Virus record (IMG/VR): IMGVR_UViG_3300007512_000012
Span: 1-64,000 of that record
DNA length: 64,000 nt
From: a virus
Direction: 5' to 3' (one strand)
Part shown: in pieces, positions 46,450 through 55,137 of the stretch
Numbering within the stretch: the first letter of the stretch is position 1
Layout of the letters: every line of letters begins with the position of its first letter
The notes under the pieces: model-generated
The model's database searches: none
The model's input: only the letters and a program-made list of their open reading frames with translations
What the model was told of the DNA's origin: nothing
Translations under genes and position numbers: made by a program

Positions 46450-46698
46450 ATGAGCGCACCGAACGGCATCACCGCCAAGGTCACGAAGATGAAGGGCCGA
46501 GGCCGCAACCGCATGGCCTTCGTGGTCCCGCAGGCCGAGGCCCCGGCCGACATCGCCAAGGGCGACTGGTTCCGCGTCCCCTGCGCTCAGGTGGGAGACG
46601 AGGGGGTGTTGCTGGCCCCGACGCCGGGTAGTCGGTTGCAGCAGTGGTTGTTCGCCCCGGCACGGATGAACCCGCACTGGCAGGAGAGCGCCGCATGA
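46450..46698 (+). CDS. Hypothetical protein (82 aa)
   Basis: Operon spacing and codon bias. Confidence 0.6.
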   Translation: MSAPNGITAKVTKMKGRGRNRMAFVVPQAEAPADIAKGDWFRVPCAQVGDEGVLLAPTPGSRLQQWLFAPARMNPHWQESAA

Positions 46699-46991
46699 CC
46701 GTCAAGCTCCCCACCGACTTCGGGCTCGACGCCCGCCGCAAGGCCGAGGACTGCCCCTTCGTCCTAGACGACCGGGCGACGGGCTGCGACCTCACCCCCG
46801 GCACGGTGGTGGTCGGTCAGGACGTGCCCGGCCTGGAGGAGTCCTTCGGGTTCGACCGGGCACTCCAGAAGCCCAGCCGTGTCCGCATGGTCCTGTTCGG
46901 GTTCACCCGCCCGCACGCCTACGCCTGCTGCCTCGACCGGGAGGGCAACTGGTGGAACGTCCACCCTGAAGCCCTGGAGCCGACCACATGA
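46695..46991 (+). CDS. Hypothetical protein (98 aa)
   Basis: ATGA overlaps at both ends. Confidence 0.6.
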   Translation: MTVKLPTDFGLDARRKAEDCPFVLDDRATGCDLTPGTVVVGQDVPGLEESFGFDRALQKPSRVRMVLFGFTRPHAYACCLDREGNWWNVHPEALEPTT

Positions 46992-47902
46992 GCCGGATCA
47001 CGGCATCGCAAGCCCTGGAGCTTCAGCACGAGCAGTTCGCCTTCGCACAGAGCCACAAGGGCCTGCGCTACTGGACGAGCTTCTCGAAGATGGACAGCGA
47101 GGACGAGGCCCGGCCGTTCCAAGCGGTCGAGGTCGTCACCTTGAAGCTGGCCCCCACCTACCTCGTCGCCGAGGAGATGTACCAGCTCGCCCTGCACGCC
47201 GCCCGGTCCATGCCCGACGTGCCCCTCGCCGAAGGCGACCTCCCCAGCCCCTCTGGCTTCTGCCTGCTGGAGCAGCCCATCGTGGCCCCGGACGTACACG
47301 GCAAGCTGGTGTCGATGGCCGGGTTCACCTGGCACATCGCCATCCAGGGGGGCAAGAAGGGCGTCTTCTGGACCATCTACAGTGACACCCGTGACCCCCG
47401 CGACGACTACTACGACGCCGAGCTGATCGAAGGGATGCCACGCCTCCTCCCGGTGGGCCGCAACATGGAGCTGTTCGGCGACCTCTCCCTCACCCTGGAA
47501 GAAGTCCAGGCCCGCCAAGGCGGGAGCGAGGAGACGATTGCCGAGGCCATCCTGCACATGCGGACCCTGCCCCTGTGCATCTTCACCCTGATGCAGCAGA
47601 CCATCGTGGTGCAGACGCCGGAGAAGCCCCGGCGGCACGTCCGGCGGCGGCTCAAGCGCAAGGACTCCCCGCTGCACGAGAAGATGGTCAAGATCGTCCG
47701 GCTGCGGAGGGTTCGGCACCGGGAGACGCCGAAGGGCGAGTCACAGCCCGTGGACTGGTCGCACCGCTGGGTCGTGAGCGGCCACTGGCGGCTTCAGCCG
47801 ACCAACCAGGGGGTGAAGCGCATTTACATCATGCCCTTCGTGAAAGGGCCGGAGGACAAGCCGTTGTTGATCAAGGAGACGGTCCACGTCCTCGACCGCT
47901 AG
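46988..47902 (+). CDS. Phage hypothetical protein (304 aa) with C-terminal HRWVVSGHWR...YIMPFVKGP motif
   Basis: This C-terminal motif is recalled as common in phage proteins of unknown function. Confidence 0.75.
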   Translation: MSRITASQALELQHEQFAFAQSHKGLRYWTSFSKMDSEDEARPFQAVEVVTLKLAPTYLVAEEMYQLALHAARSMPDVPLAEGDLPSPSGFCLLEQPIVAPDVHGKLVSMAGFTWHIAIQGGKKGVFWTIYSDTRDPRDDYYDAELIEGMPRLLPVGRNMELFGDLSLTLEEVQARQGGSEETIAEAILHMRTLPLCIFTLMQQTIVVQTPEKPRRHVRRRLKRKDSPLHEKMVKIVRLRRVRHRETPKGESQPVDWSHRWVVSGHWRLQPTNQGVKRIYIMPFVKGPEDKPLLIKETVHVLDR

Positions 47903-48615
47903 TCGAGGGGGGACGGCCCCATCACCTCGTCCGAGTCCTGGTAGTGGTGCCCCTTGCCGTGCCCGTAGAGGTCGTCCACTTCCAGCAGTGGGTCACGGTG
48001 CAGGGGCTCACCATCCTCCTGCCGCCCACCGGCATCGACGTACTGCGGGTCCAGCTTGCAGATGTCGGCGATGAAGTTGCAGTCCACCCGGTTGTGGATG
48101 AGGTGGGCCAGCCCGGCACCCCAGGCCGGGGTGAAGTAGACCTGGAACAGCCGGTCGCCCGGACGCACCAGCACCGGCTCCGTCGCCTCGATCTCCAGCG
48201 TCCAGCGGCCGTGGAAGCCGTTGTCGCCGACGCCCGCCGTCTTGTGGGCCTCGATGGACAGCCGACCGCAGGTGGACCTCCCGTCCAGGTGGGGGACGAC
48301 CCCCCGGCAGTACGTCTCCTCCAGCGTCACGCCCAGGTAGAACTGGCCGGGCACGAGCACCCAACAGTCCCGGTAGCCGTCCTTGTCCACCTTCGGCACG
48401 TCGATGAGCGGCGGTGGATTCTTGGGGTCGAGAGCCATCTGCAAGCCCTCGTACACCGGGTCGAACACCGGCACCCGCCCCTCCTTGGGGTGGTACATCT
48501 TGAGCGAGTCGCCGAGGCGGAGGTCGATGCTGTTCGGCCCGATGTTCACCGGGGCCGGGCTCACCTTGATGAGCCGGGCCCCGATGAGGGTCTTGATGGC
48601 AGGTCGGGTGAGCAC
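47899..48615 (-). CDS. dcd: dCTP deaminase
   Basis: IGPNSIDLRLG, PGQFYLGVTLE, DGRSTCGRL, TAGVGDNGFHGRWTLEI. GTG start at 48615 (C-terminal part of track ORF 47899..50946). Confidence 0.9.
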   Translation of the reverse strand: MLTRPAIKTLIGARLIKVSPAPVNIGPNSIDLRLGDSLKMYHPKEGRVPVFDPVYEGLQMALDPKNPPPLIDVPKVDKDGYRDCWVLVPGQFYLGVTLEETYCRGVVPHLDGRSTCGRLSIEAHKTAGVGDNGFHGRWTLEIEATEPVLVRPGDRLFQVYFTPAWGAGLAHLIHNRVDCNFIADICKLDPQYVDAGGRQEDGEPLHRDPLLEVDDLYGHGKGHHYQDSDEVMGPSPLD

Positions 48616-48617
48616 GC

Positions 48618-51086
48618 CTACGCCTGGAGCGCCTTGGCGGCTTCCAGGCCACGCTCCGTCGAGAAGTGCTCGGCCTTGGTGAACACGCCGAGGATCATCC
48701 CGGTGCCCGGCACCTTGTAGAAGGTGCCCTCCTTCTCGGCCTTCGCCAGCTTGACGGCCGGGAACGCCTCGACGAGCTGGTCGGCGGTCATGGCCGAGCC
48801 GAAGCCCTCGGGCATGAGGCCGGTGGCCCCGATGTAGAAGGCCAGCGGGGTCAGGTGCTCGGCGTACAGGGCGTCGATGGCCGCGTTGACCTGGCCCAGG
48901 GCCGCCTTGAACACGCCCAGCGCCTCGTCGGCGTCCATGCCGCCCGCGAGCACGTCCATGAAGGCGTCCACGTCGGCGTGGGCGGCCTCCAGGGCGTCGC
49001 GCAGGGCCGCGTCGCTGCCGGTGCGCAGGAAGCCCTCGTAGATGGGGAAGGACAGCTCGTCCACCGCGTCGAGCTTCGTCCGGGCGGACAGGCTCTTGAG
49101 GGACCAGGCGTTGCCGTCCGCCCACCAGTCGGAGAGCTTCGGCTTCTTGACCTTCGTGCCGTCGCTGGCCGTCAGGTCGAAGCGCCGCTGGAGGTAGGCG
49201 TTGCCGCTCTTCAGCTTGCCGACGTTGGTGATGTCGGGCGTGCCGAGCTTCACCTTGTAGGACAGCTTGGTGTCCACCTCGCCCGTCGCGAGCGCCTGCG
49301 CCAGGTCGGCGTAGGGGGTCGTCGTCGGCGGGGTGAAGTACATGGCCGGGCTGATGTAGCAGGCCTTGAGGTCGGCGATCTGCTCGGCCGTCAGGGCCTC
49401 CGACGTGCCCGCCGTCAGGCCGGACAGGAGCTTCTGGAGGACGGTCAGCTTGGCGATGTCCTCGAACAGGTCCGGCACCATGTCGCCGAACTCCTGGTCG
49501 TAGTCCACCAGCGGCATGTCGCCCAGCGGGATGCTGATCTCCTGGTTGGGGTCGAAGTCGCCCTGGACCAGCCCCATCGTCTTGAGCGCGGCGAAGCACC
49601 GCTTGTCGCTCGTGCGGAAGGGCAGCACCGCCACGTTGATCGCACCGTCGCCGACCAGCGTGTAGTTGCGGTAGCTCTTGAGGTCCAGCTTGATGCCCGC
49701 GACCTCCCCCACCGGGTTGCCGGTGGCCGTCTCCATGAGCTTGCCGTCCTCGACGAGCCGGATGTTGGCCGTGGCCGTGTCCCGGTTGATGTCGAAGCCG
49801 GACACCGCGACCGCCGTGTTGTCGCGGGGCGTCTGGAGCTTGTGGGTGGGCGGCTCGATGACGCCCTGGTCGTTGCGCTTGCCGGGCACGCGCTTCAGGC
49901 CCCGGCGGGTGTAGCCGTTGGCGAGCTTCGCGACGTTGACCCGGAGGCTGCCCCGGTAGGTGTTGAGCACCGACAGCAGGTCGAGCACGGCCGGGCCGGT
50001 ATCCCCGAGGCCGTAGCCCGTGGTCAGGCTCTCGCCCTTGTCGCCGAGCAGGTAGGCCTCGATGTCGGTCGCCATCGACGCGACCTCGGAGGCGACGAGC
50101 GCACGGGCGTTGCGGTGGATGAGGCCGCCGATGCGGGTGCTGACCATCGCGAACTTCGCGGTGTTCAGGTTGCCCAGCGCGATCTGCGCCTTCGCGAAGG
50201 CGAGCAGGGCGGTCGGCTCGGTGAGGCCGTCGCAGATGGGGCCGGAGGCCGCGTTGTAGGCCGCCTCGTCCACCTCCTTGTAGCGGTAGACGGTCGCGTC
50301 GTCGTCGCCGGAGAGGCCGCGCACGGTCAGGGGCTTGGTGCTGCCGAGCACCTTGCCGCCCTTCTTGCTGACGAAGGTCATGAAGTCGAAGCCGCCGATG
50401 CCCGCCTCGATGACCGGCGACATCTGCCCGGCCAGGAGGGTCTGCGTGTCGTGCAGGGCCTTGTAGACCTCGCGGGCGTTGCTGGCCTGCATCGACTTGC
50501 CGGACAGCCGGTTGGCGATGGCCGCCAGCAGGGCGAAGTCGCACCAGGAGCGGTAGCCGACCGTGTTGCAGAAGACGTTGGGGTGCCGCTCGATGGCCTC
50601 GACCGCCGCGACGATGCTCTGGGCCTCGCGGTAGGGCGACGGGTCGTTGGCGTAGCCGTCCGTGTGGAGGCTGATGCAGGTGACCTCGGCGTCGTCGATG
50701 AGCTTCTCGGCCTCGACGAGCGCCTGGCTCATGCCGGTGAGGCCGCGCACGCGGAGGTTGCGGATCTCGGCCAGGTGCGGGCTGCCGGGGGCCATCACCT
50801 CCTCGACCGTCACCTTCTCGAAGTGGACCCGGCAGTCGCCGTTGGACGAGTAGGTGAGCAGGCTGATCTTCATCGACGGGTCGTTGAACTCCTCCGCCGT
50901 GAAGACCTTCTCGATGACCGACTTCACCTGGTCGAGGTCGCCCCACATGGAGCCGCTCACGTCGAGGACGGCGATGTGGTGGCTCGGGGCCGTGGCCCCC
51001 GCACTCGGGTCGGGCGTCACGTCCTGGGACTCGACGGTGAAGAAGCGGACGGGCTTGCCGCCGTAGTTGTGCAGGGCGAACTTCAT
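48618..51086 (-). CDS. vWA-domain protein (822 aa) with a large uncharacterised C-terminal region
   Basis: MIDAS motif DVSGS, GLTGM and LHTDGY; AAGGAGG RBS. Confidence 0.8.
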   Translation of the reverse strand: MKFALHNYGGKPVRFFTVESQDVTPDPSAGATAPSHHIAVLDVSGSMWGDLDQVKSVIEKVFTAEEFNDPSMKISLLTYSSNGDCRVHFEKVTVEEVMAPGSPHLAEIRNLRVRGLTGMSQALVEAEKLIDDAEVTCISLHTDGYANDPSPYREAQSIVAAVEAIERHPNVFCNTVGYRSWCDFALLAAIANRLSGKSMQASNAREVYKALHDTQTLLAGQMSPVIEAGIGGFDFMTFVSKKGGKVLGSTKPLTVRGLSGDDDATVYRYKEVDEAAYNAASGPICDGLTEPTALLAFAKAQIALGNLNTAKFAMVSTRIGGLIHRNARALVASEVASMATDIEAYLLGDKGESLTTGYGLGDTGPAVLDLLSVLNTYRGSLRVNVAKLANGYTRRGLKRVPGKRNDQGVIEPPTHKLQTPRDNTAVAVSGFDINRDTATANIRLVEDGKLMETATGNPVGEVAGIKLDLKSYRNYTLVGDGAINVAVLPFRTSDKRCFAALKTMGLVQGDFDPNQEISIPLGDMPLVDYDQEFGDMVPDLFEDIAKLTVLQKLLSGLTAGTSEALTAEQIADLKACYISPAMYFTPPTTTPYADLAQALATGEVDTKLSYKVKLGTPDITNVGKLKSGNAYLQRRFDLTASDGTKVKKPKLSDWWADGNAWSLKSLSARTKLDAVDELSFPIYEGFLRTGSDAALRDALEAAHADVDAFMDVLAGGMDADEALGVFKAALGQVNAAIDALYAEHLTPLAFYIGATGLMPEGFGSAMTADQLVEAFPAVKLAKAEKEGTFYKVPGTGMILGVFTKAEHFSTERGLEAAKALQA

Positions 51087-51146
51087 CTCGGGGAACCTCC
51101 TTGTGGTGCTGCCGGGTCTACTCGCTGGGGGCCAGAGCCGGTCCCC

Positions 51147-51530
51147 TCATCGACGAGCGCGCTTCGCCCGCTTCGCGGCCATCATCTCGTCGTGGACCTG
51201 CTCGAACCGCTTGACGCCGATGAGGTGCAGGCCGATCTCCTCCGCGTAGTTCTGGAGCATGTAGGGGCTCCAGGTGCCGCCGGGGATGCGCAGCCGCCGC
51301 GAGTCGATGACCTTCAGGTCGCCCTTGCGGCCCTCGAAGAAGATCGGGCTGCGGAAGATGAAGATCACCTGGTCGCCGCCCTTCGACAGGAACAGGAACG
51401 CCTCACCCTCCTCCAGGTCGCCGGGGTAGTGCCCCTCCTTGCTGAACAGGACCAGGTTCGTCGCCTCGCTGCGACTGAAGGAACAGCGGACCACGGCCTT
51501 CAGCCGCAGGCGCGTCTTGCCTTTGCTCAT
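51147..51530 (-). CDS. 127-aa protein, weakly IS66 TnpB(Orf2)-like
   Basis: GEAFLFLSKGGDQVIFIF...RRL..GGTW resembles IS66 Orf2. ATGA overlap with the upstream gene. Confidence 0.5.
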   Translation of the reverse strand: MSKGKTRLRLKAVVRCSFSRSEATNLVLFSKEGHYPGDLEEGEAFLFLSKGGDQVIFIFRSPIFFEGRKGDLKVIDSRRLRIPGGTWSPYMLQNYAEEIGLHLIGVKRFEQVHDEMMAAKRAKRARR

Positions 51531-52153
51531 TCGATGCCTCCGATGTCGAACTCGTGGCGGGCGAGGACAGAGAGCTTCCCCTCCCGCGTCAGGTGCAGCT
51601 CCACGGCGTCGATGTCCTGCATCCACGCCTGGAGTGCCTTCATGTTCTTGAGGGTGCCGTTGGGGCCGTGCGGGGCATGGACCACCAGGTCGTTGCCCCC
51701 TTCCACTGGCTCCAGCAGGTCTTCGGGGTCCTCGTGCAGCATCTCCGGCGGGAGAGCCACCGCCTCGATGGCGTCCTCGGGGTCGAGGTTCTGGCCCTCG
51801 GCCTCCAGCTCGGCCTTGACGGCCAGCAGGACTTCGTTGCCCACGCTGCCGCCGAGCTGCTCCTTGCACGCCTTGTTCGCGGCGTACCCGGTGCCCCCGG
51901 CAGACATCACCTCACGGACGAGCGCCCGCTTCTTCGCGGCCAGCTCCCGGCGGGCCTCGCCTCGGGCCGCCTTCGCCTCCCGCTCGGCCTCCCGCTCGGC
52001 GGCCAGCTTCCGGGCCTTCGTCCCTTGCCGCCACTCACCGAACTTCCGGGTGGCGACCCCGGAGCCGTACTCCTCGCGGAGAGTCGCGTTGATCTCCGCA
52101 TTCGTCCGACCCTCATCGACCAGCTCGATTGCTCGCTGCCACTTCTCGTTCAA
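51527..52153 (-). CDS. HTH-like protein (208 aa), weakly IS66 TnpA-like
   Basis: TTG start after AAGGAGG; EKWQRAIELVDEGRTNAEI...; C-terminal VELHLTREGKLSV. Confidence 0.55.
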   Translation of the reverse strand: MNEKWQRAIELVDEGRTNAEINATLREEYGSGVATRKFGEWRQGTKARKLAAEREAEREAKAARGEARRELAAKKRALVREVMSAGGTGYAANKACKEQLGGSVGNEVLLAVKAELEAEGQNLDPEDAIEAVALPPEMLHEDPEDLLEPVEGGNDLVVHAPHGPNGTLKNMKALQAWMQDIDAVELHLTREGKLSVLARHEFDIGGIE

Positions 52154-52194
52154 CGGACACCTCCTTGCCGCACCGTTTACCCGGTAGACGCAGA

Positions 52195-52225
52195 AGTGTA
52201 TCCCCCGAAAATCGGGGGGTGTCAA
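52195..52225 (-). promoter_or_regulatory. Sigma70-type promoter TTGACA-N19-TACACT with a dyad in the spacer (MerR-type architecture)
   Basis: The spacer contains the CCCCCGA/TCGGGGG inverted repeat. Confidence 0.55.
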
Positions 52226-52234
52226 ATCGAAGGG

Positions 52235-52564
52235 CTAGTCCTGGCTGATTTTCGGGTCCTCGAAGGCCCACTTCTCGAAGATGTCGTCCTGCCGGATCGT
52301 GGGTCGCTTGCCCGTCAGGAGCCAGCGCAGCAGGTGGTACTCGCAGGGGACGTAGCCCTGCTGGTCCTGCTCGGAGAACCGGCGGCGGGGGTCGTACTTG
52401 AAGACGTTGATCCGGTGGGAGAGCCGCAGACCCGTGCGTGTCCAGTACAGGGGCTTGGGGCGAGCTGCGCTGATACCGAACCGGATGCCGCAGCAGGTGG
52501 GGATGCCGTGCTTGTGGCCTTCCTCGGCCCACGACCACACTTCTCGCAGAAAGCTCATTCCCAC
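52235..52564 (-). CDS. Hypothetical protein (about 107-109 aa)
   Basis: GIPTCC...GYVPC motif; a GGGTCC-N17-GTAGA motif lies at 52591-52618. Confidence 0.6.
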   Translation of the reverse strand: MGMSFLREVWSWAEEGHKHGIPTCCGIRFGISAARPKPLYWTRTGLRLSHRINVFKYDPRRRFSEQDQQGYVPCEYHLLRWLLTGKRPTIRQDDIFEKWAFEDPKISQD

Positions 52565-52619
52565 CTGTCCGGTTCGCTGGTCCTCCTGCGTCTACCCCCT
52601 GAACGCGATGGAGGACCCC

Positions 52620-52769
52620 ATGAACGACGAGGACGTGCAGCCGCCGTCAGACGACCTGCTGGAGCGGGCTGTGGACTGGTTGCAGGACAACCGCGAGAGG
52701 CTGCCGGACGAGCTGGCCGAAGCGTTGATCGACCTGTGGATCGACCACCAGCACCCGCCGGACCCCTAG
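52620..52769 (+). CDS. Small acidic protein (49 aa)
   Basis: GGAGG RBS and typical codon bias. Confidence 0.5.
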   Translation: MNDEDVQPPSDDLLERAVDWLQDNRERLPDELAEALIDLWIDHQHPPDP

Positions 52770-53113
52770 ATGTTCCAGGCCAGGGGCTTCGTGTAGGGGT
52801 CGCACTGGACCGAGTAGAACTCGGGAGGCGGGCGCACCACCGCGTCGGCCGTGGCGATGTTGATCTCGCCCCCGTCCACCGGGGAGCCGTCCGGCTCGAC
52901 CAGGCGGAAGATGTGCCCCTTCTTGAGCTGACCCCACTCGGCCTTCGCCCACCCGGACATAGTGAACACCTGCACCTTCCGCAGCTCCGGGTCCGCGAGC
53001 ACGGTGCGGGGGATGTCGAGGGACAGGGGCGGGGTCGAAGCCAGGCCGGTCGCGGGGACGGCGGCGGCGACCAGAGTTGCTGCGCTGGTGAGGATGAAGT
53101 CGCGTCGGTTCAC
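52766..53113 (-). CDS. Small protein with a twin-arginine (Tat) signal peptide (115 aa)
   Basis: GTG start after AGGAGG; MNRRDFILTSAATLVAAAVPATGLA. Confidence 0.65.
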   Translation of the reverse strand: MNRRDFILTSAATLVAAAVPATGLASTPPLSLDIPRTVLADPELRKVQVFTMSGWAKAEWGQLKKGHIFRLVEPDGSPVDGGEINIATADAVVRPPPEFYSVQCDPYTKPLAWNI

Positions 53114-53141
53114 GGGCACCTCCTGTGAGCACCCTACCCGG

Positions 53142-54035
53142 CTACAGGAAGTTCCGGGGCGAGAGGACGCCACGACCGACGCGGGGACCGAAGGCCGAGC
53201 GGATGCCGATGCCGTAGCGGGGCTGCTGGAGCCCCCGGATGAACTTCACGGTCCGCTGCTTCGCCTCGGTGGCCTTGTCGAACTGCCCCTCGGCGTTCGA
53301 CTTGAGGCTCTCGTACTTCGACGACTTCTCGATGGAGAGGCTGACGCCGCCGATGGAGTAGTCGAACTCCTCGTGGACCCAGTTGATGGCGAGGGCCATG
53401 AGGGCGAACATCATCGCCCCGTAGTGGATGGCGGTCTGCCAGTCGTTGCTGCCGCTCATCAGGCAGTCCAGGTCGCTGATGCCCGTCCGGGGCGGGAACA
53501 TATTCCACCAGTCCAGAGCGCGCTCCAGGTAGGTGAACAGCTCCTCGTCGGTCCAGACGTAGCCGAAGACCCGGTTGTACTCGCCGATGTCGCACTCGTG
53601 CTCGGGCGGGCGGAAGTGGTAGTTCCGGTCCGGGTTGTTGTCCCGCAGCATGATCCGCAGCGTGTTGATGAGCTGCTGCTCGACATCGCTGTACGGGCTC
53701 GCCGCGATCTCCGTGTCGGTGATGACCGCGAACTCCTGAACCACCTGCATGAGCGGGGTGCCCACGGCCTCGCGGATCGTCCACCGGATGCGGTAGGTCC
53801 CGACCGTCGCGTTCGCCGGGACCATCAGGGCCGCGTAGAACTCGCCCACGGCCGGGTTCTCGGGCACCCGGTCGGCCAGGCCGATGAGCACCTCCAGCTC
53901 GGGCGGGCCGGGGTCCACGTAGAAGATCGAGTAGGTGATCTCCGCCGGGTTGATGGGGGCCTGGCTGGAGTCCTTGATGAAGATGTCCAGGTCGCCCCGG
54001 CCAATCTCATCGCCTCGGTGGAATGCGACGGCCAT
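53142..54035 (-). CDS. Putative head-tail adaptor with an N-terminal Ig-like domain
   Basis: LRIMLRD...WTDEELFTYL...FDYSIGGVSLSI adaptor-like pattern. Confidence 0.6.
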   Translation of the reverse strand: MAVAFHRGDEIGRGDLDIFIKDSSQAPINPAEITYSIFYVDPGPPELEVLIGLADRVPENPAVGEFYAALMVPANATVGTYRIRWTIREAVGTPLMQVVQEFAVITDTEIAASPYSDVEQQLINTLRIMLRDNNPDRNYHFRPPEHECDIGEYNRVFGYVWTDEELFTYLERALDWWNMFPPRTGISDLDCLMSGSNDWQTAIHYGAMMFALMALAINWVHEEFDYSIGGVSLSIEKSSKYESLKSNAEGQFDKATEAKQRTVKFIRGLQQPRYGIGIRSAFGPRVGRGVLSPRNFL

Positions 54036-54352
54036 CAGTTCACCTGCACGTCTTCGGGCCAGACGATGGTGAGGCCCTCGCTCGGGGCCTCGATGAGGTC
54101 CACGGAGAGCCGGTCCCGAATCGACTCCAGGGCATCTTCATGCACCCGGAGCCGACAGACCACCTCGGCCATCAGGCGTGCCGGGGAGTAGTGGATGAAG
54201 TCGAGGAAGTAGGAGCGCCCCGTGTCCGCCAGCACCCGGAAGGCGTTCACCTCCTCGGACACCTCGGGGGGATCGTCCACCACGACCGGACAGTTCACGC
54301 GATGGTCGGCCAACGCTCTGCCTCCACTACCCAGATCCCATCGAAGCATCAC
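54035..54352 (-). CDS. Hypothetical protein (about 105 aa)
   Basis: Coupled within the operon. Confidence 0.55.
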   Translation of the reverse strand: MMLRWDLGSGGRALADHRVNCPVVVDDPPEVSEEVNAFRVLADTGRSYFLDFIHYSPARLMAEVVCRLRVHEDALESIRDRLSVDLIEAPSEGLTIVWPEDVQVN

Positions 54353-54361
54353 CGGACCCCC

Positions 54362-54727
54362 TTACGGCACGAACTCGATGATGAGCCCCGTCGTGAAGGT
54401 CCCCGACCTGGTGGCGGCGATGAGGACGACCTCGTCGGCCTGCACGAGCAGGTTGCCTCCGCCGTCTTCCCCGTTCACCTCGTAGTACAGCATGTCGCCG
54501 TCCGTGAAGGTGTCGGGGATGGAGTAGACGTAGGTGAACCGACCGACCTCGGCCGGGGTCACTGCGACCATCGCGGCGGCGTTCACGAGGACGTTCTTCG
54601 CCCCCGCCAGGCTGAAGGAGAAGATGGTGATCGTCGGGCCGACCGTGGGGTCGAACGGCGTGTTCGTCCCGTCCAAGAACCTGGCCTGGAAGGTGAAGTC
54701 GGTGTCGATGACCGCCTGCTTGCCCAC
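54362..54727 (-). CDS. Small Ig-like structural protein (121 aa)
   Basis: Beta-rich; FLDGTNTPFDP...VGRFTYVY resembles the adaptor N-terminal domain. Confidence 0.6.
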   Translation of the reverse strand: MGKQAVIDTDFTFQARFLDGTNTPFDPTVGPTITIFSFSLAGAKNVLVNAAAMVAVTPAEVGRFTYVYSIPDTFTDGDMLYYEVNGEDGGGNLLVQADEVVLIAATRSGTFTTGLIIEFVP

Positions 54728-54728
54728 G

Positions 54729-54974
54729 TCAGTCCTCCATGTGCGTCAGGGTCTTGAGGGCCTTGATCTCGTCAGCGTAGGTCATGGCCGCGACCTTCGC
54801 TCGACGGGTGAAGAACTGGTTCTTCAGGTCGCGGATGTTGTCGGGCTTGGTGAAGACGAACACCGTCCGGTCCCCATCCTTCTCCGTCCCCAGGAACTCC
54901 ACGGCCGCCGTCTTGAGGAAGGCTGCGTAGTAGAGGTCGGCGGTCTTGTACTTGCCGTCGTTGGGCGTGCTCAT
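54729..54974 (-). CDS. DUF5659-like small protein (81 aa)
   Basis: YKTADLYYAAFL...VFVF...Y...IKALK; ATG 54974 after GGAG. Confidence 0.6.
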   Translation of the reverse strand: MSTPNDGKYKTADLYYAAFLKTAAVEFLGTEKDGDRTVFVFTKPDNIRDLKNQFFTRRAKVAAMTYADEIKALKTLTHMED

Positions 54975-55023
54975 GTCGTGCTCCTGCATCGTCCATCCCC
55001 GATCGCGGGGAGGTAGTTCAGCT

Positions 55024-55043
55024 CTACCCACCGGAGGCTATAG
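55024..55043 (-). promoter_or_regulatory. Putative late promoter CTAT-N12-GTAG
   Basis: Recurring motif directly after a terminator. Confidence 0.6.
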
Positions 55044-55070
55044 GCAGACGACCGCAGGACCAGAAACGCA

Positions 55071-55103
55071 ACGACCCGCAGACCGGGCAGGCCTGCGGGT
55101 CGT
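55071..55103 (-). terminator. Intrinsic terminator after the three-paralog array
   Basis: ACGACCCGCAG/CTGCGGGTCGT 11-bp stem followed by TGCGTTTCT on the minus strand. Confidence 0.7.
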
Positions 55104-55137
55104 CACATGGAGGAGCGGGATGGCGACCCGCTGTCGA

